The notes under the pieces are model-generated. The model was not told where the DNA came from, did no database searches, and was given only the letters and a program-made list of their open reading frames with translations. The position numbers and the translations under genes were made by a program. Shown here in pieces: positions 1 to 13,800 of a DNA stretch of 64,000 nucleotides. Location: assembly GCA_951406725.2 (NCBI GenBank), contig OX597814.1:54622001-54686000 (forward strand), written 5' to 3'. Each line of letters opens with the position of its first letter. Within the stretch, counting starts at the first letter, position 1. Origin of the DNA: Octopus vulgaris (lineage: Eukaryota).

Positions 1-81
1 ACTGCGTTGCACACTATTAATTAATTATTTAATCGTCATTGTTTGTGGGTGTACTTTAAAGCAAATTAGACTGTCAAGCTT

Positions 82-142
82 GGTCCTACCCGAGTTTTAT
101 TTGACAATGATTAGCTATAAGGTACTAATCTCCTCACGGACC
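82..142 (-). ncRNA. Degenerate hammerhead ribozyme
   Basis: Minus strand GGUCC-GUGAGGA-GAUUAG...CUAAUC-(10 nt)-AAAA-CUCGG-GUA-GGACC. Stem I (5 bp) and stem II (6 bp) are perfect; both core boxes are mutated. Confidence 0.45.
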
Positions 143-3100
143 GAAGATGATTTTTATTCTATGATGATGTTTTTACAAGTCTAAAAATGTAAGGACAAAA
201 AGCAGTATTAAAATATATATCAATTTATCTCAGACATGAAACTCCATTTCAATTGTTATTTCAGTCTCATAATTAGAGGAAAGAATTGTGTACACAGAAC
301 AAGCAACCTCTTGAACACCGCTTTGTGCTATTTCATATTATTGCGGTCTGTGGTGTTAAGGTTGTTGTTATTGTCCAACCGTTGTTGGTGTTCAGCAATT
401 GAATCTTCTGGACTTCAAACATAGACATAGCTATATACACACAACTTGTGTCTATGTGAATAGAGTACACTACAGGTTTAAAAAGTGGGAACTTAATATA
501 TTTCTCAATACATCTTCTAGTATATGTATATATAATAGTTACGGAGTGCTCAATACTCTGAAGTTGAGCTAGTTGATATTTTAACATTAATATTCCTACT
601 TCCCTGTGTATTTTGTGGATATATCCTTGAATGTGTATTAGATTATATTATTTTAGTACTACTTTAGAAAATCGGCCCAAATTTCAAACAGAGGAAATAA
701 TGATGATGTATCAGTGGTGATGTCAGTCGAAGTACGGTAACGTCGATCCCAACTGAATAACAATATTTTCCAAGTAAAACAAAGTGATCAATATATAAAC
801 CATTGAAAAAGAATCTCAGTTTAGAGATATTGGATCAATAAACGAAAAAGAAATCGTCTTCAGCATAATATAATTGAGCGACATCAGACAATCTTCAAAT
901 AATCAATATAGATATTAACCGAATAACAATTCAGTGAAACGGGAGAGAAAGCAAACTCGACTAGTAGAGACAGAATAGGCGACGAAATTGACTAATGCAA
1001 AGTAACAATACGAAAATAATCAAAATAACATCACTATCAATGAAATATCAGATAGAAACGAATGACAAATAAAAGAAATAAAGTATAACAACGATATTAA
1101 ATATTAGATACAAACGCCCCTCAAACTGGCCCATGGAAAACAACAACACGACGACATTCAAAAGCGTACTAACAAAATGATATATAGCAGTCACCTAGTG
1201 AAAGCAATTACCAATAGACATAAGTACAAGCCAGCTTGAATGTACATAAAACACACACACACACATGCACACACATACACGCACAAACACACACACGCGC
1301 GCGCGCACACACACGCACAAATAAACAAATCCCCAAGCAAAACAAAACAGTTATACGAAAGATTGTAGTGATATGAAACTCATGATTCAAGAACACCACC
1401 GAAATGTCGTTACTTATGTCATGAATCACACTCACTGAAGTCTTTACTAAATATTTTGCCATGTTAGAACATGCTCTCTCTAGAACACTCACACTGTCTA
1501 TATTGTTCCACACTTCACCACTATTTGGCGGGTGTTTTAACTGAAAGCTAACGATATTAACCTCCTCCATATCTTTCTATGTCCTAGTCTATGAGAACTT
1601 GGAAAACATAAGGTCACTTTACCATTTGCTTCAAATTAAATGATGAAAGAATGAATTAAATTACATCATATAAATGTCAGACGTACAATGACCAGACGTT
1701 TGTGATCTTATTTAAGAAAACCGTATATTTACTTCCAACTTTAACCTTCTTATAAGAATTTAAACTAATTTAGTTCTTCAACCGTCTTATACCAAGAACA
1801 AACAATGCTTCATCTGTTAAGTCAATTCCTAAATGAATAAGTAATCTTTTTTCCATGTACACTATGAAGAATCTTCAAGGATTAGGAATTCAAAGTGAAA
1901 GTGGTTAAGATTATGATGATGATGATGTTGACTCTATGATTGCTTATGGTATAAAGAAAAAAATCGTAAATATTTGCATGGCTAAACATAATGTTTCATT
2001 GAAAAAAATCATCTGCTATGCTACAATTACTACCTCTGGGAAATTGGAACGAAAAGATATGTGTACGTTTAAACTGAGTCAGTTCTACTAAATAGTCCTT
2101 TGTGATTATAGACATAACACAACAAAGAATGTATAACAAAAACAATATTTATGAATAGTTCCAATATTTGTGTATTTAAAGAAAAATTTCTCAAAGCTAC
2201 TACATTCTTTAATAAGTGGCAAAATATAAATCTGTTTGCAACCATTCTTGGAAGACATTTTAATTACATGATGTTATCACACATCTGACTGTTCGTAGTG
2301 AATATAAAGATTAATGATCACCAATTAAACGTTAATTGTGATTGGTAACAAATTAAGCGTCTGAAATTGATGTTGATGATGCATTGTGCTTACTGGAATT
2401 GGGTAACTTCACTCTTGTTTTCACTGTGTCAGAGAAAATATTGCAGTGTCAGTACCTTTAATAACAAATTTGCAGTCATTTCTGATGAACTTTATATTTG
2501 ACAGCAGCTCTACATTTATGAAGTCTTCTGCTAAAGCTACTACCTTACAACTTGATTTTCAGAGGCAGAGAAATAAAGAAAAAGGAAGTAGAAAGATAAA
2601 ATGTAAAAGAAAATAAGAAGAAAGAGATAGAGACAGTGAGCGAGAGAAAAATGAAATAGAGGGAATAAAGGTATTGAATATAACACGTTGGCTCCCGAGC
2701 CTCATTTTACGTTTTATCCCAGGGTCCCAATACGCTACCTTAATTTTGACATGAGCGGCGTAATATTTTTACACTATGCCATATGTAAAGCAAGGATCAC
2801 ATAGGTAGTATTAGATACCCACGTCTCACCGGAGGGGCGTGTGGTACCCTAGTTCATATCACATCCTATATACCACACGACATACCACACGACACCACAC
2901 GATCTCATCCCGAAATCTTTTCAAAAAGAACTATTTTGGTTTCCATGGCAAGTAAAATATTTTTTATTCCCTTCTGTTTCTATTGGAAAATCTACCAATT
3001 ATTTTCAAAAAGAACTAGCTATTTTTGTTTCAATGGTAAATAAAATTTTCTCAATACTCAATCTTTTATTTTACCTCATTACATGGCAAAATCAGAAGAA

Positions 3101-5282
3101 AAACGAAAAAAATATAAAATATCTACAAAAAATTGTTCTCTTAGTGTAGCAAAAGCACAAATCAAAGCAATCGGAGTATGCCAGCTCTCAGAAAGCCTAT
3201 TGGAAAGAAATTTAAAAAACGATCCACTAGTGGATCGTGCGGGACTCACTAACATACCATCACGACCCACCGGCAGGACGTACAGGAGCCAATGTGTTAA
3301 AATAGACTAACGGCAATCTATATGACAATGTCAAACAAGACCGTATGTCCGAAAATTCAACAGATTGCAAAATAAAGAACACGCAGACTGAGACCTTTAA
3401 ATGCTCGTCTGTCAATAATTTTTAATAGTTGCAAGAGAATTGTATCATGTAGCCGAAATGCGACGAAAATTTTGACACTGAGAAACAAGTAAACAGTTAA
3501 TATAAAATAGCTTTTGTGTGTTCTTAAAAGGTTAAAACGGCTCTTATGCAGTGTAAATGTTTCAGTTTCTTACATCCAGTTGTATATTAAGTCAGTTGCC
3601 AAACAAGTAGAACACCAAAATATATATATTCTTAATACAATAAATTCTTCAGCTTTGTTGTATTTTATATAATTTTCTTGCTTTAATTTTGTTTTGTTAA
3701 ACACACACACATACATATGTGTATTCACATTCACATAAGCATATATATGTAACCCGACCAAAATTAATTGCAATGCAATTACTTTTTGTTAATTAAATTC
3801 TAACTTCATAAATAAATAACAAAATCTCCGTAATGCTTTATTTTGTCAGTAGCTTTCCCCAGCTTTTCTAGGTAATGCGATGTCAGGGCCATTACGAAGT
3901 GACTGCTTAGGCAATTTGAATAAGGCTGCTTTAAGTGTAGAAGGAAGCATATGGAATGAGAGTTGCACCAGAGGGACATCCATCTGTTGAACAAATAACT
4001 GGATAACATATTTAGTACAAGGTAATTTAAATTATAGATATCATGGAAATCTTGATGGCATGACTAAGATATGTACTGCTAATGCGGTCAAATGGGAGTC
4101 AAGATATGGCCTGTAATATATTAATGTGAAGGGGAGAAGAATAGAGGCTTTACAAAACTGGAGCAATTTGACAGTGTGGTTTTGTATAAACAGTATATTC
4201 GGATACATCCTAATATACTACTAATAGCTGTAGTAAGTAAAACAGAGCACTTGTACCTTGTAGGTAATAAATCATATATAAATTAATTATTGGTTACCGT
4301 GTGGGTGGGGTAAGTATTTCGACGAGCGTATGTATAGCAGGGTTAAAAGTAGGAAATCCAAAAGAAGGCCCTTCGACATATTGCCAACAACCCCCACCCC
4401 CAAAATGAAAGAAATCCCAAACTCATCATTATAACTAAACTAACAAATGCGCTATTACCCTCCTCTCCTTTTTCCACTGTTGTGCATACAATAGTCACTA
4501 TTCCACTGAACTAGTAAGCACTATACTCTGTTTATCCTGGCACACTCAGCACACAAAATTCTTACGATTGCTTCCATTACATATGCATAAAAAATCTTTC
4601 TCCCTCATAAGAACCTCTTTCTGGAATTTCCTTCCCTTCCACGTTTAAACATATGTTTAAACTAGACAGCAACAGCAGCTATCTCACTAGTCTAGAAAGA
4701 TGCTCCCTCTTCTCTGACTAACTGACCAAACAAAAAAGCATGTAGGATGCAGCGATTATAGTTTTTTGCTTTTTTAGTATAGGCAGTGATATGACCTTAT
4801 TTCATTTAGACGATTTGGGCTGCAGTTAACCGAATGCTTATGGGGTGTTTTAAGACTTCTGATTAATAAATAATTTGAAGATATTATGAGAAGGTAGTGA
4901 AGTTGCATGTATATAAAGAGAGATCAAATTGCATAGGGTTTATAAATATCAGAACGTAAGTGGTAGACAAAATCTCAGAACTTGAAGTTATGGCTTGCGG
5001 TACAAACAGAAAATAGTGCAACATTTAGAAGCAGAGTTAGAGTAATTATTCCATCTGGGAATCAAAACAAAGATACTTATTCTATTACTGTAGCCACGCA
5101 TTTAAGAGTGTAGCGGTGTTTAATAAATGTATTTAAAATTGAAATCAAACGGAATAGTCGCCGAGATTAGGGGCAGTTTTATTTCCTGTAAGACTGAAAA
5201 ACTTTAGGGGTTGGGGTAAGTTGAAATGGAAGTATTAACACAAAGAGACAGAATGAATTTGGTTAAGAAAATGGCTGACAGT

Positions 5283-5951
5283 CACACACACACACTAGAT
5301 AGATAGACAGATACATACATACATACATACATACATACATACATACATACATACATAATACATACATACATACATACATACATTCATACATACATACATC
5401 ATACATACATACATACATACATACATTCATACATACATACATACATACATACATACATACATACATACATACATACATACACAAACAGAAGCAAGAGAGC
5501 ACATATAAGAAATGCTTAAGAAATGTGAAAAGAAAAAATACAAAAAACATCAAAAGAAACTTGAAGCAAGCAGATGGTATGAACATTTTGTTGAGGTAGA
5601 AATGGCATTATGGGTAAATACGGATTCAGCAACGTCGTGGGCTAAACATAACTCTAGAAAAAAAAAGTCTGACATTGTTTAAGCGACAATTCCACCACCT
5701 CCATCACCATCAGCTACAATTATAATAACATTCAGACTAACAGCAACGCCCCCACAAATGGGAATAAGAATAAGAGCAACAGTAACAACAACAACAACAA
5801 CAATAACAATAACAAGTAATAATAATAATAATAATAACAACAACAACAGAAATTACAGTAGTAATAGCAGCACAAGCAAAATACTAACAAGGAAAAAAAA
5901 TCCAGCAAACATTGCAGCACAAAGTACAGCACGGCCACCCCCACCCCCATT

Positions 5952-5983
<32 letters not shown>

Positions 5984-6023
5984 CATCGCCATCATCGCCA
6001 TCATCGCCATCATCGTCATCATT

Positions 6024-6081
<58 letters not shown>

Positions 6082-6630
6082 CCATCTTCGTCATCATCAT
6101 CATCATCATCATCATCATCAATAACAACTGTAACAGCGACAAATACATAAAAACAACACCAACAAATGTAAAACAAACAATAGTAGTGGCACTGCAAAAA
6201 ACCCCAGAAATCCAGTAGCAGATACATGTTTTTTCACCACCACCACCACCGCCTCCGCCACCACTTTCCCCAGCACTTCCAGCACCAGCACCAGCACCAG
6301 CACCAGCACCAGCACCAGTACCACCGCCGCCACCGCCGCCACCGCCACCGCCTCCGCAGCCACGACCACGACCACCACCACAACATCAATAAAGCCAAAG
6401 AAATTCAGTAATAACAACAGATAAAAAAAACATCTCGGCACTAATCGTCTTAACAAGAGCTATGGAATGTTATTTCGGCAGTTGGTGCATCTAACCTAAT
6501 CACTAGTAGATTCCTCATCGTCATCATCATCATCATCATCATCATCATCGTCGTCGTCGTCGCCGCTGTCGTCGTAGTCGTCGTCGTCGTTATCATCATC
6601 TTCATCGTTGTTTTTATCATCATCATTGAC
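5283..6630. repeat. Compound microsatellite block (CATA, AAC, AAT, ATC, ACC, CAGCAC, GTC)
   Basis: Successive tetra-, tri- and hexanucleotide runs; source of the poly-S/H/D/M ORFs. Confidence 0.95.
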
Positions 6631-6733
6631 ATACGTAGAATATTGCATACATAAAATCGACGTACATTCCGACTGCGACACAAGGGTTCCAGTGAAGCAG
6701 GATATTCGACATGGAATCATATTCCAAATGCTC
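6496..6733 (-). CDS. Candidate downstream/terminal exon of the CAP gene (Cys hinge-like segment plus Asp-rich tail)
   Basis: tttcag acceptor at 6734-6735, phase-2 entry compatible with exon B. Reads (R)SIWNMIPCRISCFTGTLVSQSECTSILCMQYST, a PC..C...C-x3-LC spacing reminiscent of the CRISP hinge. It continues in frame into poly-Asp and a stop at 6496, with an alternative gtatgt donor after 6635. It lacks the usual GN..PY..G. Confidence 0.22.
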
Positions 6734-7929
6734 CTGAAAGCCAAAGTTCTCCCCAGGAGTGACAAATCTCACATCAATTTGAACTGAAATCATTCAATCA
6801 CTTCATCTTGAATTGCAGCATTGAACTTGTATTGGGACATCCACAACAACAACATTGTAACATGAATTTATTAACAAAACCCTTAACACACATACTCAAA
6901 AACGCACTCATGTTTCCCTTCCTCTTTGTTTTTTACACACAGTAAATAGCACGAATGTGAAAGATATGCACAGAGATAAAGAGTAGTGTAGACATATTCT
7001 ACACTCATATTAAATAACAAATCTGTAATAGACTCTCAGAAAGACATAGCATTTATGCTTCACATTGCCAAAATATCTTTACACCAGTCAGATTTCCTCC
7101 CCCGATGAGAATCTAAGTTCTTTTTTCCTATCCAGGTAATAACCTCGTCTTTCACTAAAACTTTACGATGGGTGTCATCTGTATACAATGTAGATGGCAC
7201 TAGACAATGATTGCTCAAGGAAAGATCTCGGAAAGATGTTCAAGTGAGAACAAGACAAACTTGTAATCTTCAATAGCACCAAGACACAGATGTAGTACTG
7301 TAGAAAGGCTTGTGTATGTAGTTAGTTCCCTATATTCATATCGAAGACACAGTGCTATAAATACAAAGTTTAACCTTATCTATAATTAATTACCAATAAA
7401 CCAGTATAATTCATTACTAAAAGCAAAAATTGCATGTCAACATTTGAGAAGGCTTAGCTCTTTGATCCATAAATATACTCACTGTTAATATGATTCTTTT
7501 TGTGCTTCGAAATCCAGTATTCCAAAAAAAGAATTATATCACGTATAAAATTCTTATGGCGTCGGCATACTCAATATTATCGTGAACTTACAGTATTTTC
7601 TTTTCCCTCACCATTCCTGATTCCTACGACTTCAATTCCAGTTGTAGAAAATATCTCCGATAGGGCAGAAAAATTTGTGTTTCTTTGGTCTTTCTTTTAA
7701 AACATCGTTTCATTATTAAAAATTGTCTTTTGTACATAATTCTAAAATAGAATTCTGTTTTCGCTTACGAAAAGATGTTAATACAGCGCACTAAACATCC
7801 TAAGTCTAGTGAGTCATCCTAAGTAAGGAGACTTGACCGAGTAGCATGTACATCCTGTGTTTTCCGCACTTTTATTATTCCACTGCCTTTGAGCTTTTTA
7901 TCGGAACCAAAGTGAGTCAGTTTTCTCTT

Positions 7930-8300
7930 AAAGTTACTTTCATATTTGAGACACCTTTATTCGCTTTTGATGGCTCATCAACATAGTCTAACCACCATCC
8001 CCAGTCATCTCGGATGTGCGGCCTCTTTGCTCTACTTTCTTAGCTGCAGTCACAGCTACAGTGGCTCCTGCTCAGAGACAGGTGGTCTCGTATTAATTCC
8101 ACCTATGTTGACCTCACTGAATCGATCCTCTTCTCGACGTTTATATTGTGGCTGCCCCACCAAGCTCTGAACTCAACCACTATGTTAAATCCTTCACCCC
8201 AGTATGCCAACACACTGTAATTCCCCTCCACCCATACTTGTTCTCTGTTAACCATCACGCAGTTGTTCAAGAGGAACAATAATCGTATTGCTTTCACTAA
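7930..8300 (+). mobile_element. CR1/L2/Jockey-group LINE 3' fragment
   Basis: Frameshifted remnants AASLLYF..GSCSE..L.PP..R..HY.KSF.P...NSL..FKR resemble the conserved ORF2 C-terminus. Confidence 0.5.
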
Positions 8301-9774
8301 TCTGATTCAATATTGAGTGGTCTGGGAGGTCTAAGATATATTCCCTTTTTCAAGATCAAACTATTACCAAAAAATTACAATTTACAATTAGTCATTTTAA
8401 GTAAGATTAAATGTATAGCATTACATGTATAGAATATTGGATGTATATATCTGTATAAACATTTATTTTTAGACACCAAATCTTCTGTTAGCAAGATTCG
8501 TTGGAAATCCAACGATTTCTACTGGGAATAAAAACCAAGCAACCGATTTGAATAACTGGAAGTTTACCCATACCATACGGTGCTATCTTTAATACTGATA
8601 CTTTGAATTATAGCATTTATATCTTTGTTCTATGGGTGTTCTGGCAATTTCCTGCTATATTAATCACACATCATTTCATCCAAACTTGTACCAGTCTCTG
8701 ACACAATGTTCACATCAAGAACTTATTTACACATTCCTTTTTGTGTTTTCTTTAACAATTTCGCCTCCTTTTTTGAGTTTTCTTCATTTTGATATCTCTC
8801 CGGGATAGAATGAGACCCAAGCGAGCCAGTGTTCTTTTAAAGCTATTTTTTTAATCTTAAAAACAGAAAAAAGTTTTTTACGTTTTTGTTTAATTTACAT
8901 TCATTCTGCTGCTTTTTTGATTCATAGAAACTTCCCATATGTCAATGTACTCCTTTCAAAACGATTTCACTTATCACTAAGAACATCACCGAATTCTCAT
9001 TCACATTCATTCAGAAAGATAGATATACTTACACTCTTAAGTACTGCAATAATGTTTTCTGCCTTCTAATATTGTGTATCAGACAACCCTAGTCTCAAAT
9101 AAAAAAGAAAATGTATTCAAATGATTGGCAAATTATCTGCAGGCAATTTGCCATTCGGGGGCTAACAACTAAAACCAAATTCAAAAGAAAAACAACTAAT
9201 GGCCTTCATTAAGATTTGGTCTTAGGTGTTTGTGTGTGCAGCAGAAAATGTGAGCAGTACACACAGTGGTTATAACTTAAGCTTGGTTGAAATATTTGCT
9301 GGTACCACTGAGGGATCCTAGTGCTTTTAATGCAATTCTGGCAATGTTACACACACGTCCGTCCGCCCACAAATTTGAATCATTATGAAAAATATGACAG
9401 ACTGCTGATAATTGACAACTTGTTGACTCACCCCCCTATAAATCAATTTAGAATTTTTGTTCCAAGAACTGAAAGCTGGATGTCATCGGTGGGTGGACAT
9501 TTTAATTTAGAAACACTCATGCCTCTTGGTTAAAGATATCTGTCGATGATAACTGAAAGCTCCCAAGCGACTCAGTGTCCACAGGTGATTGACATAGAAG
9601 ACAAGTACCACAAAACACACACACGAAAATATCACTCTTTTCGTCCAAAAATATACCCACAACTTAAATATACCCATAGTGTGACTTGCCCACAAAGTGT
9701 GGCTTATCTTCCACTCATATCACTCCTGAACACCCTCATAAATGCACCTCTCAAAAACACATACAGACCTATCA

Positions 9775-9777
<3 letters not shown>

Positions 9778-9852
<75 letters not shown>

Positions 9853-10180
9853 AGACACATACATATAATCATACATACACCACATACATCCATAAAGAGA
9901 AGGGCCCATCAATACATGTTGCAACAACATCCACAACAACAAAACAAAGGCACGCGCAAACTCACAGCAACAATAGAACAATGGCACCAATACCCACTGC
10001 AACAATGCAAACATACACCTATTCACCATAACACTATCGCACCACACACAGACACAGACACACACACACGCACAAACACACACACACACACACATACACA
10101 CACACACACACAAATATATACACACATACATACATACTTTACACACACACACATATAGATAAAGAGATAGATAGATAAAT
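9778..10180. repeat. (TA)n, (CA)n, (GATA)n microsatellites
   Basis: Direct reading. Confidence 0.95.
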
Positions 10181-11029
10181 AGTTATATTTACATGCACAC
10201 ACAAGCATGAATACAAATGTATACACGTTAATATTCACACTGAAAATAATAGGAAAATAAAGAGTGACACTGAAAATATTGTACCCCACCCACACACATA
10301 TTATATATACTCATGCTCACAATATTATATGGTGAATACATGAAACCGTTATTCGCGAGTTTCTCTGTGTAAGGACGTTTCGTCACACGCCTGCTGTGAT
10401 GAAACAAAATTGCAACAGACGCGCAACGACATGGCGGAAAAATACTCACATCTCATTGGTTAAAGGAATCTTTGCGGTTATTAATGCGTCAGATGTGATG
10501 TGATTCAGCCCCACGCCAAAATCTTACAAGCATTGGTTAAGAGGAAAAAATTCCGAGATTACCATCAGGGACCGATAAGTGAAACTGACTGACAAAATAT
10601 ATAAATATGTTTACAACTTACAATAATGTGAAGAGAGATAAGATAAAATGAGATGAATAACATTAAAGGAGATGAATAGATGCTGTGTAATGGTTGAGTA
10701 ATACAAACAGTATTGAGATTACGTATGATGTCTGAGAATTACTTGTGGGCAGGGAAACTATGTTTGGGTGTTGAAGTAAAATTATTGAAATGATTAAATA
10801 TGTAACTAATTAAAAGAACGATTCAGTAATTACTTATGAACATGCATAAATAAATAATTAAATGTATTAAGTAACTAGATATATAATTAAGCAAGTAGAT
10901 AGTTACTTAAATAAATGATTTCGCTAATGATTAGTAATTAATTAACAAATTCCTTGAAATAAGACAGGGTATATATCAAGCCAAAATGCAACTGGAACAT
11001 ACAGTATGATATGATATAATACGCAGATT

Positions 11030-11216
11030 AAAGGCATCACAAAAGGCCTTGTTGGAGGCCCAACCTTCCGATTTTTTTATAGAGTTTAGGAAAACTGAAG
11101 GACCACTGCAATAAGTGTGTGAATCTGTGAGAGGAATATGTCGAATAAAATAATTAATTGATCCTCTATTTTCTTTTAACCCAGAGCTTGGAACTTTTCA
11201 GCTGTACCCCTTCGTA
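11030..11216 (+). mobile_element. Mariner 3' fragment
   Basis: Ends in KCVNL.EEYVE*-like sequence followed by a TIR-like CTTTTCAGC..CCTTCGTA; clearly homologous to 17388-17579. Confidence 0.65.
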
Positions 11217-11229
11217 TGTATGATGAAAA

Positions 11230-11590
11230 CGCAGAGTTTTATCAGAGGATAGTTGATGGCTTAGATGGAACGGACTAATTGCCGTGTCTTAGTTGAATCT
11301 TTCATTAATGATTAAAAGTCTGGATGTAAGCGCGTATAGATTTCGATGTTAGGGTGCATGAATATTTGAACCGATTCTGGTTGTGAGTCGAGTATGCCAC
11401 CAGTAAAAATTAAGTTCAGGATACAGTTTCAGCTGGAATACATATATGGTCAATGCCTTCAAGAGTGGATCTAACAGATTTGAGTATAAAGATGCAAGTG
11501 TTAAGAAAAGAGAGCAAAATATGGAATTAAAAGTCTGTGGCACTCTAATACATACTAGTGTATTCATGACCTGATTGTCAGTATGCATAT
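11230..11590 (-). mobile_element. Possible CR1/L2 LINE fragment
   Basis: DPLLKALTIYV..L.Y...WW-like segment resembles LL.AY..YV.P.LEY...W; heavily decayed. Confidence 0.35.
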
Positions 11591-11689
11591 TTGAAATATG
11601 AAGACTAAGTTTATTGCAGGATGTAAATTTGTATAAACTGTATACATGTTAGACCATTATTGTGTTTCGTTATCCAAGTTTTTATTTCG

Positions 11690-11775
11690 GTTTGTCTGTC
11701 TGCCTGTCTATCTCTCTCTCTGTCTCCCCCTCTCTCTTTATAATATATATATATATGTATATATTTGTATATACA

Positions 11776-11810
<35 letters not shown>

Positions 11811-11872
11811 GTATATATATATATATATATACATACACATACACACACACATATATATATATACATACATAC

Positions 11873-11909
<37 letters not shown>

Positions 11910-12140
11910 ATATAAAGAAACAAAGTGACTCAGGGGCAGAACCACTCTCGAGTCAGTCTAACGTTTCTGCTAAATATTGATAAAAATATATACACACTCA
12001 TATTTTGAATTCTGCTTTTTCTGTTTACATCACCAAACCTATACATACATACAAACATGGATATGTATGTATATATATACAATAATATAAATATTAAAAA
12101 TAATATATATATACATATGTATATGTACATACATCTATAC

Positions 12141-12188
<48 letters not shown>
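11690..12188. repeat. Compound TA/CATA/CT microsatellites
   Basis: Direct reading. Confidence 0.95.
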
Positions 12189-12191
<3 letters not shown>

Positions 12192-12828
12192 TAATAATAT
12201 AGGGTGAAATTAATTAATTTGGAATAATCATTAATTTCACCAAGTAGATTTCGGCATGTAAAAGCCTCATTCGAGGAAAGTTTAAGTAATACTAAGTAAT
12301 TAAGGGTTTAGCAGCGATTTGCCTCACCACACACCGAATTTAGAAATAGCAGTCAAAGAGTTATAGCTATTCTTTCTACTAAAAGGGAGATCTCAGTAAA
12401 ACCACGGCACTTGAAAGGCAAACACAGACAGGCAAGAGAGAAAGAAATGACAGCAATCTATCATACAATTTTAAGTCACCTACGGACGTACGTTTCGAAA
12501 TCAAGTTTTAGGAAAGCATAAGAATTAGATAATTATGTCTTACCCAACTTCTTTTCTCATCAGCGTAGGACACTACAATTATGAATAATTGTATATTAAA
12601 TTTCGAGATACTAGAAGGCATCATCTCAACTCAGTATCAGAGCGAGCTAAAACCGTTACCAGTATCACCAAATTCAAAGTGTGAATGAAAGTTTGTGTCA
12701 CCAACCCCTTGTGTTTGCCTTTCAAGTGCCGTGGTTTTACTGAGATCTCCCTTTTAGTAGAAAGAATAGCTATAACTCTTTGAATGCTATTTCTAAATTC
12801 GGTGTGTGGTGAGGCAAATCGCTGCTAA

Positions 12829-12833
<5 letters not shown>
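12189..12833 (-). mobile_element. Non-coding Penelope-like/retrozyme-like cassette with inverted terminal duplication, inserted in (TA)n
   Basis: 124-bp inverted repeat 12303-12426 / 12710-12833 (one mismatch) enclosing the hammerhead; (TA)n tracts on both sides. Confidence 0.7.
12479..12569 (-). ncRNA. Type I hammerhead ribozyme, intact core
   Basis: Minus strand reads CCUACG-CUGAUGA-GAAA...UUUC-GAAA-C-GUAC-G-UC-CGUAGG. This gives a 6-bp stem I, the CUGAUGA and GAAA boxes, a G-C pair closing stem II, a palindromic stem III (ACGUACGU) and a GUC cleavage triplet. Confidence 0.85.
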
Positions 12834-12911
<78 letters not shown>

Positions 12912-13407
12912 GCATATGTGGGCACAAGACGTCACGAAACGTGTACAGCAAAAAGTATGAAGTACGAATTCATGGAATATGAACTATTTTTTCGAGCAAT
13001 GAAAGACACAAATGGAAAACAAGACAAACAACATAAAGAACGAGCTTTCATCAGTTTTTGGCTGTTTTTCTACTCTCGTATTTCGAGCATTTAACAACAA
13101 TATATGCTTTCGATAAAACAGTTGCTCCCGCAAAGCAAATTAAATAAAATTTGGAATTTTTGTGGAGGGCTAAAATTGGTAGCACAAACAGAACAGTGAA
13201 AACAAACAAGAAGGGCTGCTAAGCCTAAACGAGGTTGTGGTGACGAACGCGCAAATCACGCTTGGACAGGAGGCAGCCATGAACACGTCTTCCTTGTTCA
13301 AGCTACAACGGAGAGAAAGAAAGAAACACAAGTTAGGAGAAGAAAGAAAGATGGCCGATGGTCATGTGGTTCCCATGTGACTATCGGCCATCTTTCTCCT
13401 GCGTGTA

Positions 13408-13566
13408 TACATATATATATATATATATATGTATACACGCACCACGCACACACACATGTATGTATATATACATATACATATACGCACTCACACACATACA
13501 CACACACTCACACACACACACATATATATACTTACATATATTTACACATATATATGCATATATCTA

Positions 13567-13597
<31 letters not shown>

Positions 13598-13800
13598 ATA
13601 CCTATAAAGATATGTATTTATTTGTTTATATCGATATATAAACAAATACACATACATACAGATATATACACATATGTAGGTACGTGTATGTATGTATGTA
13701 TGTGTATATACATACACACGCACACACACACACACACAAATATATTTGTACACACGTGTTAAATTATAAGGCATATATATATATATATATATATATACAC
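13408..13800. repeat. Compound TA/CA/TCTA microsatellites
   Basis: Direct reading. Confidence 0.9.

Noticed and set aside
2661-3536. Possible piggyBac-like element with ORF 3083..3310
   Set aside because: The ends do not form matching TIRs and the peptide has no recognisable motif.
5732-6456. Poly-Ser, poly-His, poly-Asp and poly-Met ORFs
   Set aside because: All are translations of one trinucleotide microsatellite block, open in several frames on both strands, with no splice or domain evidence.
13040-13125. Minus-strand hammerhead-like arrangement (CUGUUUU...GAAAUACGAGAGUA...AAAACAG)
   Set aside because: No CUGANGA in the right position; probably part of an interspersed repeat but not supportable as a ribozyme.
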